Part shown: in pieces, positions 1 through 8,947 of the stretch | Layout: each line of letters starts with the position of its first letter | Numbering within the stretch: the stretch's first letter is position 1 | Source: an uncultured Gammaproteobacteria bacterium | Lineage (GTDB): Bacteria; Patescibacteriota; Microgenomatia; Daviesbacterales; UBA10151 | DNA length: 64,000 bases | Assembly (NCBI GenBank): GCA_964625535.1 | Contig: CAZVEX010000004.1 | Coordinates: 38,166-102,165 of the forward strand | Direction of reading: 5' to 3' | Notes under the pieces: model-generated | What the model saw: only the letters and a program-made list of their open reading frames with translations | Database searches by the model: none | What the model was told of the DNA's origin: nothing | Position numbers and translations under genes: made by a program

Positions 1-880
1 CCCGATCCAGAAAAATCTGTTCGCTCTTTTTGGAAACCTTGCCAAATCCGATTGACTGAATTTGTTCTACCGCCTTCCTAGCTTCAATCAGAAAACCGGT
101 GGTGAAATATTCAAGCCAGGCGGTAAAATCCATTGTTTTTTGATACTCTTTTCCTTGAGCTTTGTTTTCAGCATTGTAATAGGACATTCGATCGCGATTA
201 TAATAATCCTCCAGGACCAAAATTTTCCTGAAATCCCAGCCGTCCCGGTATAGCTGAAGCTGGGTTAAGAGCCTGGCCACCCGGCCGTTGCCGTCGGTAA
301 AAGGGTGGATGGTTACAAACTGCAAGTGCAAAACGGCGGCCCTGATGATAGGATGAGTTCCGTCTTTTTTGGATTGTTTTAGCCAATTTAGCAAATCTCC
401 AATAAGTTTCTGTACAGAGGAGGCAGGGGGAGCCTTAAATCTAAGCGTTTCCCGTCCGTCTCCCAAATCATCCAGCACATAAACATCCGACGGCCTAAAT
501 TTGGCGGTTTTTTCCTTTTCCACCAGACCTTCAATGACTATTTTGTGAAGCCTTAAAATTTCATCCGGACTGATATCTTTTTTTGTTTTAGCCATATCTT
601 CCAAAGTTTTTAAGGCTGAATAATAGTTTTCCACTTCCAGAATGTCTTTTTGCGGGGCTCTGACGGATTTTCCTTCTAAAACTTTTCCCACCTCATACTG
701 GGCCAGTTTGTTACCCTCAATTGAGGTGGAAGTGTGAGCCATGCGCAAAATAGCCTGGCGGCGAAGCTGGGCTTCATTAAGAGGAAGCACCCGGGAGCGC
801 TCCACCACAGCCTTGATTTCCGCAATCTCGGTCACGTTGGAAAGGGTTTTGGGGCTGATTTGGTATCTTGGTTCAAACAT
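1..880 (-). CDS. Fic/DOC family protein (filamentation induced by cAMP; AMPylation fold). The 3' end runs off the window.
   Basis: Minus-strand translation from the ATG whose reverse complement is at 878-880 gives MFEPRYQISPKTLSNVTEIAEIKAVVERSRVLPLNEAQLRRQAIL...IHPFTDGNGRVARLLTQLQLYRDGW. This contains the canonical Fic motif HPFxDGNGR. The reading frame stays open to position 1, which is why the supplied ORF track did not list it. Confidence 0.85.
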   Translation of the reverse strand, partial: MFEPRYQISPKTLSNVTEIAEIKAVVERSRVLPLNEAQLRRQAILRMAHTSTSIEGNKLAQYEVGKVLEGKSVRAPQKDILEVENYYSALKTLEDMAKTKKDISPDEILRLHKIVIEGLVEKEKTAKFRPSDVYVLDDLGDGRETLRFKAPPASSVQKLIGDLLNWLKQSKKDGTHPIIRAAVLHLQFVTIHPFTDGNGRVARLLTQLQLYRDGWDFRKILVLEDYYNRDRMSYYNAENKAQGKEYQKTMDFTAWLEYFTTGFLIEARKAVEQIQSIGFGKVSKKSEQIFLDR

Positions 881-909
881 ATTAGTATGTTAATATTATA
901 CCATAAGGT

Positions 910-938
910 CGCGCAATAATCGCGCAAAATATCGCGCA
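910..938. promoter_or_regulatory. Three direct repeats of CGCGCA at 11-12 bp spacing in the divergent Fic/oxidoreductase intergenic region. Candidate operator.
   Basis: The sequence tCGCGCAataatCGCGCAaaatatCGCGCAtg is GC-rich hexamers in an AT-rich intergenic region. The third copy abuts the ATG at 938. Confidence 0.3.
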
Positions 939-1630
939 TGAACGGTAAAATCATTGATAAAAAAGAAGTGGCAACGGGGACACTGCAAGTGACTTTTGCA
1001 ACTTCCGAGCCATTTACTTTTAAAGCCGGCCAATATATTTTTATTACTTTAATCAATCCGCCATTTGCTGATGACAGAGGAAGTCGCAGGCATTTTTCCA
1101 TTGTTAATTCTCCAGACGAGAAAGGCATTATCACTATTACCACCAGACTGCGGGATTCGGGCTTTAAAAAATCCCTGAAAGAGCTACCTGTGGGAGCACA
1201 AGTAGAGTTTGGTCCAATTTCCGGATCATTTGTGCTGCCGGATGATACGGCAAAACCTCTGATTTTTATTGCCGGAGGCATTGGCATCACTCCCTACATG
1301 AGCATGTTAAGGTATGCTGCAGAAAGAGAACTACCATACAAAATGACTCTTTTATATTCAAACAGAGATCAAGAATCCAGCGCTTATCTGCAAGATCTAA
1401 AAAATATTCCTAACCTTAAATTAATTCTCACTATGACTGAAGATCCGGCTTGGACCGGGGAGAAAAGAAGAATTGATGCGGGATTTATCAAAGAATACTT
1501 TCCAAGTTTAAATGAAAATCTTTATTTTGTAGTTGGCCCTCCTCCCATGGTGGAAGCTGTGCAAAAAGCTCTGCTTCAAGCAGGAGTTGACATCGGCAAT
1601 ATTAACATTGAGAATTTCACAGGATACTAA
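938..1630 (+). CDS. FAD/NAD(P)-binding oxidoreductase, ferredoxin-NADP reductase-like
   Basis: The RHFSI motif (RxYS FAD-binding) and the GGIGITP NAD(P)-binding motif are present. The 230-aa length fits an FNR-like two-domain fold. Confidence 0.7.
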   Translation: MNGKIIDKKEVATGTLQVTFATSEPFTFKAGQYIFITLINPPFADDRGSRRHFSIVNSPDEKGIITITTRLRDSGFKKSLKELPVGAQVEFGPISGSFVLPDDTAKPLIFIAGGIGITPYMSMLRYAAERELPYKMTLLYSNRDQESSAYLQDLKNIPNLKLILTMTEDPAWTGEKRRIDAGFIKEYFPSLNENLYFVVGPPPMVEAVQKALLQAGVDIGNINIENFTGY

Positions 1631-1633
1631 ATT

Positions 1634-3286
1634 ATGTGGACAAAAATTCTGCTCCTAATCTTTGTCTTTTCCTTTCTATTCAGGACGGATTTATCTTTTG
1701 ACCAGGATTTAGGCAGGCACTTGAAAGTGGGGGAAATCATTCTGCAAGAAGGATCAATCTTCAAAACCAATCTTTTTTCCTATACCAACCCGGATTTCAA
1801 ATATATCAACACCCACTGGCTGTTTGGGGTGGTGGCTTACTGGTTCTCTCAAACCGCTGGACTTCAGTCCCTGCTAATCCTCAAAGTTTTGATCATTCTG
1901 TTGTCTGTCTGGCTGGTCTTGAAAACAGTCCCCAGGGAAAAAACTGTTTTTCTTTTGCCTTTGGGATTTATATTTTTACATGTTTTGCGGGAACGTCTGG
2001 AATTTCGGCCGGAAATTTTCAGTTTTTTATTTACTGCTCTAACATTATATATACTTGAGTCCCGGCGTCTGATCTTACTTTTTTTACTGCCCCTCATACA
2101 ACTTCTGTGGATTAATACCCACATTTACTTTTTTGTTGGTCTGTTTTTACAGGCTGTGTATTTAGTCAGCTTGAGAAAAAAGATTTTGGGAGTTATTTTG
2201 GCTTTATCTATTTTAGTTAGCTTCTTAAATCCTCATGGTTTGGCAGGTTTGCTTTATCCGTTAAACGTTACCAAAAACTATGGCTACAGCATTGTGGAAA
2301 ACCAGACCATGTTTTTATTGGAAAGCATTAATTTTCAGGACAGAAATTTCCTGTTTGTGAAATTATCAATTGGTCTGGCCGGCTTAATACTTTTGGTCAG
2401 CTTCTTAAGAAAAAGGTTTGAGCTGAAAAACATCCTGCTTATCTTAACGGGGGTGAGCCTGGCCCTGTTAAATGTCCGCAGCTTTCCCTACCTGGTCTTT
2501 CTAACCCTTCCCGCCACTTTACAAATACTTGGGACTATTAAACCTAATAAGGCCATTACTTATTTGTCCTTGCTCTTTGCCTTTTTGATAGCTTTGGAGA
2601 GCTTTTTTTATTTAAACGGCAGCTATTATAAATATACCGACTCAAGCTACCGGCCGGGCTTAAAACTGGTAGAAAGCGGCAAGGGAGCAGTGGATTTTGC
2701 CCTGGACCGTGACCTGCCCCAGCCTTTCTATAATAATTTTGACATTGGCAGTTATTTAATTTACCGGGGTTTTCCGGTTTACAAAGTCTTTGTGGATGGC
2801 AGGCCCGAAGCCTATCCCCAAAAGTTTTTTCAGCAGGTCTACATTCCCACTCAATCCGACTTTTCCAAATTCAAGGAGCTGGAACAAAATTTGCGGCTTG
2901 AAACAATTATCTTTTCCCATACCGATCAAACTCCCTGGGGCAGAAGTTTTTTGCGCTCGCTTTCCCAGGACCCAACCTGGAAGCCGGCTTACATTGATGA
3001 TTATATGGTGGTTTACGTTAAGGAGAGCGTCCTGGAAGACAAAAGAATCTATGAAATCCCGCCAGAAAAAATTACCCCGGAATCTTTCCAGTTTGAAAAT
3101 CACTTGTCATATATCAGAATGGGGATGTTTTTACTAAATACGGGGCAGGCGGAAAACGGCAGAAAATTTCTGGAAAAAGCTCTGGAAGTTTTTCCCGACT
3201 CGCCAACCGCCAATTTGCTAATGGCTCAAATCGCCCCTTTCAATCCAAAATATGCCCAAAAATCCAAAAACCTAATTTTCTGGTAA
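1634..3286 (+). CDS. Polytopic membrane protein with a C-terminal TPR-like soluble domain. Possibly a GT-C-type glycosyltransferase.
   Basis: About ten predicted TM helices in the N-terminal 300 aa, with loops rich in D/H/R. The C-terminal 150 aa are hydrophilic with a TPR-like segment (GQAENGRKFLEKALEVFPDSPTANLL). I recognise no precise family motif. Confidence 0.5.
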   Translation: MWTKILLLIFVFSFLFRTDLSFDQDLGRHLKVGEIILQEGSIFKTNLFSYTNPDFKYINTHWLFGVVAYWFSQTAGLQSLLILKVLIILLSVWLVLKTVPREKTVFLLPLGFIFLHVLRERLEFRPEIFSFLFTALTLYILESRRLILLFLLPLIQLLWINTHIYFFVGLFLQAVYLVSLRKKILGVILALSILVSFLNPHGLAGLLYPLNVTKNYGYSIVENQTMFLLESINFQDRNFLFVKLSIGLAGLILLVSFLRKRFELKNILLILTGVSLALLNVRSFPYLVFLTLPATLQILGTIKPNKAITYLSLLFAFLIALESFFYLNGSYYKYTDSSYRPGLKLVESGKGAVDFALDRDLPQPFYNNFDIGSYLIYRGFPVYKVFVDGRPEAYPQKFFQQVYIPTQSDFSKFKELEQNLRLETIIFSHTDQTPWGRSFLRSLSQDPTWKPAYIDDYMVVYVKESVLEDKRIYEIPPEKITPESFQFENHLSYIRMGMFLLNTGQAENGRKFLEKALEVFPDSPTANLLMAQIAPFNPKYAQKSKNLIFW

Positions 3287-3297
3287 CCCTATAGCTA

Positions 3298-3325
3298 TTG
3301 ACAAAGCAGAAAAAGGTGCTAATAT
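3298..3325 (+). promoter_or_regulatory. Sigma70-like promoter for the 3335 gene
   Basis: TTGACA at 3298-3303, a 16-nt spacer and TAATAT at 3320-3325. The ATG at 3335 follows with no Shine-Dalgarno sequence. Confidence 0.45.
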
Positions 3326-3334
3326 GTCTGAATT

Positions 3335-3985
3335 ATGCTGGAAGTTTTCAAACTATTAGAGGAACAGGTCATCGTTACTGTCAGGGCGCGGCAAGATGCA
3401 GGCGCATCTATGCTTAATAAAGCAGGGGAGGCATTATCCAGTGGAGATTTAACTTTAGCTGATATTATGAGATTTTCTTTTGGCAGATCTCAATTAAGGG
3501 TAGATCGCGCCAGGGAATTACTGGATACTCTACGAGAGCGTCAAATATCAATAGCGTCAGCTTTTGAGGATCATGAGGTGCCTCTTCCTGCACAAACTTT
3601 TTACAATCAGGATGCTATTCAATCTTACTCGACAGCGGAATATGATCGATTGCGCACGGCAGCAGAACGAGAGTTGGATGCTGAAGTTTCTGCCGTTTCA
3701 AGAATTGCGAAAGCGCTTGGTAATCCAAGTGCTTTTGTTACACCAGAAGGCCAAACAGATGAAGGATTTAATGCACAACTAGTTGATGATTTACCTTCAC
3801 TCGGAGCAACTATAACAAATATACTAACCAACACAGCAGGTATCAAAAATGTTGGGGAACTTTTTGCTAAAACGCAAGCTGAATTATTAGCTGTAAGTGG
3901 AATCAGCAGGCTAAGATTTATGAGTATACTTTTTAATTTGCATGACGAAGGCTTTGTTTCGCTAGAGCATCCAGAAACAGCCTAA
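3335..3985 (+). CDS. Hypothetical protein with a C-terminal helix-hairpin-helix resembling the RNA polymerase alpha-subunit CTD
   Basis: The C-terminus TNTAGIKNVGELFAKTQAELLAVSGISRLRFMSILFNLHDEGF resembles the RpoA alpha-CTD HhH (…L.N.GI.TVGDL…EELL.I.NFG.KSL.EI…L…G). The N-terminal 150 aa are not recognisable. GC content appears higher than in neighbouring genes. Confidence 0.5.
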   Translation: MLEVFKLLEEQVIVTVRARQDAGASMLNKAGEALSSGDLTLADIMRFSFGRSQLRVDRARELLDTLRERQISIASAFEDHEVPLPAQTFYNQDAIQSYSTAEYDRLRTAAERELDAEVSAVSRIAKALGNPSAFVTPEGQTDEGFNAQLVDDLPSLGATITNILTNTAGIKNVGELFAKTQAELLAVSGISRLRFMSILFNLHDEGFVSLEHPETA

Positions 3986-4923
3986 GAACGACCTGCATTG
4001 ATGATTCTTCTTGATTTCAGGAAAAAGTAGCCTACAATCAGGGCTGTGGAGACAGGGGAAAACCAGCTGGGGATATGAAAGCCAAAAGAACCCAGCAGCA
4101 TAATCGATCCTAAAACCAAGATTGAATACATAGCTCCGTTTTTTAAAAAAGCATATTTTTTAATTCTGTCTATGTTGGAAACCGTTAGCTGCCTGACTAT
4201 AATAGCTCCAATGCCGTTTCCCAGCAAAATCAAGGGGACGGATAGAGTAAAGGCAAAGGCTCCCACTACTCCGTCAATGGAAAACGTTCCATCCAGCACT
4301 TCCAGATAAAAAATTTTACTGACATCCGATTGAGAAATCAGCTTTTGACCGTCTGTTTGATGCAGCAACCGCTCCTCCATTTTGGCGGCATTTTCCTTAA
4401 ATCCGTGGACGATAAAAAAAGCTGTTGAGCCAACTACCGCCCCGAAAGCCATAAGGGGATTTTGTTGCAGGGCAAACCAGACCACTACACTTAAAATTAT
4501 GGACACCACGGCATAAAACCACACTCCTTGTCTTTGAAAAAAGGGCTCACCCCGCAACCCAAATTTTTTTGGTTCCAGAAAAAGCCAGTGAAAAAAGATA
4601 AAAACCATAAAGATCCCACCTCCTGATAGTAAAATGGGAGATGAGTTTTCTATGGCCTCGACTACCTTTGGGTCAGAGCTCAAAGCGGCAGTCAAAGCAC
4701 CCATCGGACCAAGACCGGGATTGATGGCCCACACCAACAGCCAGGGCAGCGCCCCCCGAATTAAAAAGACGGCAATGATAATCCCCCAGAGCAAAAACCA
4801 TTTCCTGGCTTGTTTACCCATAGTGGATAGCACATCGGCATTGATAATGGCATTATCAATTGAGGTGATTGTTTCAAAAAGTATCAGTCCTGCCACAATC
4901 AAGATGATTGATAAAAGATCCAT
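3982..4923 (-). CDS. TerC/DUF475-family integral membrane protein
   Basis: The N-terminus MDLLSIILIVAGLILFETITSIDNAIINA is typical of the TerC/DUF475 family. There are multiple TM helices. The stop overlaps the convergent upstream gene by 4 bp. Confidence 0.6.
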   Translation of the reverse strand: MDLLSIILIVAGLILFETITSIDNAIINADVLSTMGKQARKWFLLWGIIIAVFLIRGALPWLLVWAINPGLGPMGALTAALSSDPKVVEAIENSSPILLSGGGIFMVFIFFHWLFLEPKKFGLRGEPFFQRQGVWFYAVVSIILSVVVWFALQQNPLMAFGAVVGSTAFFIVHGFKENAAKMEERLLHQTDGQKLISQSDVSKIFYLEVLDGTFSIDGVVGAFAFTLSVPLILLGNGIGAIIVRQLTVSNIDRIKKYAFLKNGAMYSILVLGSIMLLGSFGFHIPSWFSPVSTALIVGYFFLKSRRIINAGRS

Positions 4924-4948
4924 GAAAGCATTATACTAAAACTTTCAT

Positions 4949-6217
4949 ATGGTCAAAACAGGCAAATTTTTTTCCCTGAAAAAAATACTGATTTTTTTGC
5001 TGATTTTTTTAGCCGGCGCTGCCTTGTACTTAAAGACTTCATCAACAAAACAGGTCAGCTTTTATCGGGCTTTTGTATCCGAGTCGTTTGACAAAATTAA
5101 AGAAAACTACTGGGATAATCTCTCCGACGAACAGATTCTTGATCTTTTTAAACTTTCTATTGAAAAAGCAACAGGCTCGTCTCAACAAGCAAAGATAAAC
5201 TCCAAGGAAGAACTATTGAGCGTATTTATTAAGCTGCAAAATAATTTAAATGAGGAGCAGAAAAAACAACTGTCCGTAAATGTGGTTTCTGCAGTTTTAG
5301 CCAACTTAAATCCTCCGGGTAGAAGCGGTCTTTTTACCCAAAAACAGGAAGAACAACTTAAAAATACCGTGGAAAATATCAATCCGGAAAAAGATTTGTA
5401 CAAGGATTTGGGGCTTTCTAAAGGGGCATCTCCGGCAGCAATTGAGCAGGCATTTCAAAAAAAGTCCGAGGATCTAAAAAAGGAAACCTCCCCGGAGGCC
5501 AAACAAAAACTGGAGCAAATTGCTTACGCCAGGGATGTGTTGGGCAAGAACGAGCAAAAACAAAGATATGATGAAAAAGGGGTGGAGCCAGCTGTTTTTA
5601 TCAAACTGGCAGCCCCTCAAATTTTATATCTGCAGTTTAAAAAATTCACCCCCACCTCGCTGGATGAGTTTCAAAAAGCTCTGGAAGCTTACCAAGATAA
5701 CTCCGCTTTGCAGGCTTTAATTTTTGATTTGCGGGGCAATGTAGGCGGAGCCATTGATGCCACGGCCTATTTTTTGGGATATTTTTTAGGCAAAGGTCAG
5801 TATGCTTTTGATTTTTACAAAAAAGGGGAGTATTTGCCTTTTAAAACCCAGACAGATAAATTACCAGCAATAAATAAATTTAAACAGATGGTAATATTGG
5901 TGGACAAAGAAACTCAATCCTCAGCTGAAATGATGGCCGCTTCTTTGAAAAAATACCATACGGGAGTGGTGGTAGGGACCGCCACCAAAGGATGGGGGAC
6001 AGTGGAGCGGGTCTTTCCCCTGCAGGCCCAAATTGATCCGAAAGAAAAATATTCAGTCTTTTTAGTTCACTCCATCACTTTGCGGGATGATAATTTGCCT
6101 ATTGAAGGTCGCGGTGTGGAACCGGATATCAATATAAATTCACCTGATTGGCAAAACCAACTTTTTTCCTATTTTAGAAATTCCGAACTGATCTCGGCTG
6201 TGAAACAAGCATACTAA
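4949..6217 (+). CDS. S41-family C-terminal processing peptidase with an embedded J-like domain lacking HPD
   Basis: S41 motifs are LIFDLRGNVGGAID and ILVDKETQSSAEMMAAS. An N-terminal TM anchor is present. The internal segment DLYKDLGLSKGASPAAIEQAFQKKSEDLKKETSPEAKQKLEQIAYARDVLGKNEQKQRYDEKG aligns to a DnaJ J-domain, but the HPD tripeptide is replaced by KKETSPE. Confidence 0.75.
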   Translation: MVKTGKFFSLKKILIFLLIFLAGAALYLKTSSTKQVSFYRAFVSESFDKIKENYWDNLSDEQILDLFKLSIEKATGSSQQAKINSKEELLSVFIKLQNNLNEEQKKQLSVNVVSAVLANLNPPGRSGLFTQKQEEQLKNTVENINPEKDLYKDLGLSKGASPAAIEQAFQKKSEDLKKETSPEAKQKLEQIAYARDVLGKNEQKQRYDEKGVEPAVFIKLAAPQILYLQFKKFTPTSLDEFQKALEAYQDNSALQALIFDLRGNVGGAIDATAYFLGYFLGKGQYAFDFYKKGEYLPFKTQTDKLPAINKFKQMVILVDKETQSSAEMMAASLKKYHTGVVVGTATKGWGTVERVFPLQAQIDPKEKYSVFLVHSITLRDDNLPIEGRGVEPDININSPDWQNQLFSYFRNSELISAVKQAY

Positions 6218-6723
6218 GCACCAAAGATCAAATCTTCAACATGCTGCCAATCTCGGGGATCCCTGGAGGAGGAAGTGACAACCGTAATTTTATCTGCCTC
6301 AAATACTAAGCCCGGCGGCAACTCCACTTGAGAAGCAATTTTTTCCCGGATTTCCATACCATGATCTCCGTACAAAAGACTGATATGGGGCATAAACAGG
6401 CTATTTTCCATATTAAATATTTGCTTTGAAGCCAGATTTGCTTCCATCAGTTTAGCGCTTGATTTGACTCTGACAAAAACATTCTGAAAATAGGTAGTGG
6501 AAAAAGAAACCTCTCCCAAGACCAGCTGGAAGGCATTTATTCTTGAAGCCAGCGCTTTTGTACCTTCCAGGATTGCCTTTTCACTGGTTTCAATATCTCC
6601 CAGTAAGGTCATGTGAGGCTCAAAAGAGGGCCCGCCGTATGTCTTGCTCAAATCCAAAATAATTTTTTCCAGGATATTTTTAATATCTAAAGGGGGAACA
6701 ATCCATAAAGTATATTTGTTCAC
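6214..6723 (-). CDS. 2H phosphoesterase superfamily protein (2'-5' RNA ligase / ThpR-like)
   Basis: Two HxT/S motifs (HMTL and HISL) in a 169-aa protein, as expected for LigT/ThpR. Confidence 0.7.
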   Translation of the reverse strand: MNKYTLWIVPPLDIKNILEKIILDLSKTYGGPSFEPHMTLLGDIETSEKAILEGTKALASRINAFQLVLGEVSFSTTYFQNVFVRVKSSAKLMEANLASKQIFNMENSLFMPHISLLYGDHGMEIREKIASQVELPPGLVFEADKITVVTSSSRDPRDWQHVEDLIFGA

Positions 6724-6771
6724 TATTAAATTTTAGCATAATTCTCCAAATTAGAAAAATTGACCTAACAG

Positions 6772-7257
6772 CTAGATTGTAGTAATATGCGCTTTTTTAG
6801 CCTCATCCGCTCGCCATTGGGCATTAATCACGCGCTCACCAACTATCACATCCTGTTTGGAATGAGCAGTAAATGGAAGTTTAGACGTTTCATTAAAAGC
6901 CACCCATGAAAAAGTGCCTTTTTTAAGACGGTTAAATTCTCGGGGATTATTTACTTCAGCATAAAATACATAATTAATTTTATCCCGTACATCATGAAAA
7001 TAATCATAGACCGGATAAATGTCTTTTGTTTTGAGATTTAAGTCTAATAATTCATTTATTATTCGTTGAAAAGCTACTTGAGCTTCTTCCCCCTCACTAC
7101 TCTCCCCTCCAAGAGTAGACCATAAAAAATCCGGGCTGTCTTTTTGTTGGGATTGAACTAAGAGAATCTGGTGAGTTTTTAGGCTGTAAAGAAATCCGCT
7201 GGCATAAAAGGAGGTTTGCACTGTTAGAGTATAGCACATTTTAAAATATGTTACCAT
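6772..7257 (-). CDS. NUDIX-fold protein, possibly catalytically degenerate
   Basis: ILLVQSQQKDSPDFLWSTLGGESSEGEEAQVAFQRIINEL aligns to the Nudix box region (GX5EX7R is present, but REUxEE is degraded to RIINEL). Confidence 0.5.
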   Translation of the reverse strand: MVTYFKMCYTLTVQTSFYASGFLYSLKTHQILLVQSQQKDSPDFLWSTLGGESSEGEEAQVAFQRIINELLDLNLKTKDIYPVYDYFHDVRDKINYVFYAEVNNPREFNRLKKGTFSWVAFNETSKLPFTAHSKQDVIVGERVINAQWRADEAKKAHITTI

Positions 7258-7264
7258 TGCCGGT

Positions 7265-8287
7265 ATGTTAGTTGATGAAGTGGATATTACTATAAAAGCA
7301 GGACACGGGGGTCCCGGGCGTGTTTCTTTCCGCGGTAAAAAGGGTGGGGGGCCTGACGGTGGAAATGGCGGGAAGGGTGGAGACGTATACGCAGAAGTAA
7401 CCTCTGATCTTTATGCATTAAATAAATTTATTTCAAAGAAAGTTTTAGCTGCGCAAAGCGGTGAACCTGGTGGGACTAATGAAAAAACCGGGGCAAACGC
7501 TAATGATTTAATTCTTGTAATACCCGTAGGAACTTTTATTACAGATGAGGAAGGTAAAGAAATAGGGCTTGATGAATTGGGGAAAAAAGTTCTTCTGGCA
7601 AAAGGAGGATTAGGAGGTAAAGGAAATGCTTTTTTTAAATCCCCCTCAAATACTACGCCCAGATATGCTCAACCGGGTCTGCGGGGGGAAGAAAGAAAAT
7701 TAAATTTAAAATTAAAACTAATTGCGGATTTTGGATTGATTGGGCTGCCAAATGCCGGCAAAAGCTCTATTTTAAATGAGCTGACCAATGCCAGTGCCAA
7801 AATTGGAGATTATCCTTTTACTACCTTAGAACCCAATTTAGGGATGCTAAATAATAAAATTATAGCAGATATACCCGGGCTTATTGAGGGAGCTTCAGAA
7901 GGCAAAGGTTTAGGCTATAAATTCCTAAAACATATAGAAAAAGTTAAATTATTATTACATTGTATATCTTCGGAGTCTGATGATCCTGTGAAAGATTATA
8001 AAGTGATTATAGGTGAACTTAAAAAGTATAATCCCAAGCTTTTGGAAAAACAAGAAATTATTCTTTTAACAAAATCTGATCTTCTGGGGAAAAAGAATTT
8101 AGATAAAAAAATAAAGGCCATGAGTAAAACAAAAAAACAAATTATGCCCGTATCCATTCATGACTGGGAGAGTTTACAAAAGTTAATGCTGTACCTTAAC
8201 CGAACCTTGAACATGTGGAGGTTTTATGAATATACTAAAAATAGTGAAGAATCTGCAAAAATTCTTAGTAGCCGTTGTAGGGTGTGA
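7265..8287 (+). CDS. obg: GTPase Obg/CgtA
   Basis: Glycine-rich Obg fold N-terminus (GGPGRVSFRGKKGGGPDGGNGGKGGDVY). G1 motif GLPNAGKSS. DIPGLIEGA. Confidence 0.9.
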   Translation: MLVDEVDITIKAGHGGPGRVSFRGKKGGGPDGGNGGKGGDVYAEVTSDLYALNKFISKKVLAAQSGEPGGTNEKTGANANDLILVIPVGTFITDEEGKEIGLDELGKKVLLAKGGLGGKGNAFFKSPSNTTPRYAQPGLRGEERKLNLKLKLIADFGLIGLPNAGKSSILNELTNASAKIGDYPFTTLEPNLGMLNNKIIADIPGLIEGASEGKGLGYKFLKHIEKVKLLLHCISSESDDPVKDYKVIIGELKKYNPKLLEKQEIILLTKSDLLGKKNLDKKIKAMSKTKKQIMPVSIHDWESLQKLMLYLNRTLNMWRFYEYTKNSEESAKILSSRCRV

Positions 8288-8717
8288 ACTGGTAGGAATC
8301 GCTGCTACCCCTTTCACTATTGCTGCCATACCAACCTGGTATCAAACCCTTCAAAAACCTCCCTTTTCTCCACCTAACTGGGCCTTTGGCCCTGCCTGGA
8401 CCATCCTGTATTTTTTAATGGGAGTGGCAGCTTATCTTGTCTGGATAAAGGGGTTGGAGAAGAAAGTAGTTAAAAATGCTCTAGCTTTCTTTATAGCCCA
8501 ACTGGTATTTAATTTTTTCTGGTCAATACTCTTTTTTGGGCTTCATTCTCCAATATTGGGACTAATAGATATACTGATCCTTTGGACCTTGATTGTAATT
8601 ACCATTATCAAATTCTATAAAGTATCTAAAACCGCTTCATATCTTTTAATCCCTTATCTTCTCTGGGTCAGCTTTGCCACCATTCTGAATTTATCTATTG
8701 TACTGCTCAATCCCTGA
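8226..8717 (+). CDS. tspO: TspO/MBR (tryptophan-rich sensory protein) family membrane protein
   Basis: WYQTLQKPPFSPPNWAFGPAWTILYFLMG is a TspO signature. Five TM helices. Its 5' end overlaps the obg 3' end by about 60 bp, so the start is uncertain. Confidence 0.75.
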   Translation: MNILKIVKNLQKFLVAVVGCELVGIAATPFTIAAIPTWYQTLQKPPFSPPNWAFGPAWTILYFLMGVAAYLVWIKGLEKKVVKNALAFFIAQLVFNFFWSILFFGLHSPILGLIDILILWTLIVITIIKFYKVSKTASYLLIPYLLWVSFATILNLSIVLLNP

Positions 8718-8947
8718 TGGTTAAAAAATTACTAGAAAATTGCGGGAAAATTACCTCTCTCAAAAAAAATTGAGAAGCCATCGATGCATAAAAACTTTAG
8801 CTTCAAAAGTTAGGGGAAAGTTATGGAGGAACTGGTTGATCGCAACGGGAAAAGGAGATGGGATAAGAGGTTATCGCCAGTACTAAAAATATTATTATTA
8901 AAAAAGCTAAGAAAATATTTTCATGACTATTTAATTTTACTTGATTT

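Noticed and set aside
832-1290. 152-aa minus-strand ORF overlapping the 5' end of the oxidoreductase gene
   Set aside because: It is antisense to a well-supported FNR-like CDS and extends into the Fic-oxidoreductase intergenic region. There is no motif, and the real minus-strand gene (Fic) is in a different frame and ends at 880.
8717-8947. 230-bp intergenic region with a 47-codon ORF (MEELVDRNGKRRWDKRL…) and a possible structured RNA
   Set aside because: I could not match it to any riboswitch or sRNA consensus by eye. The ORF has no SD or promoter signal and a low-complexity C-terminus. Left as unannotated intergenic sequence.
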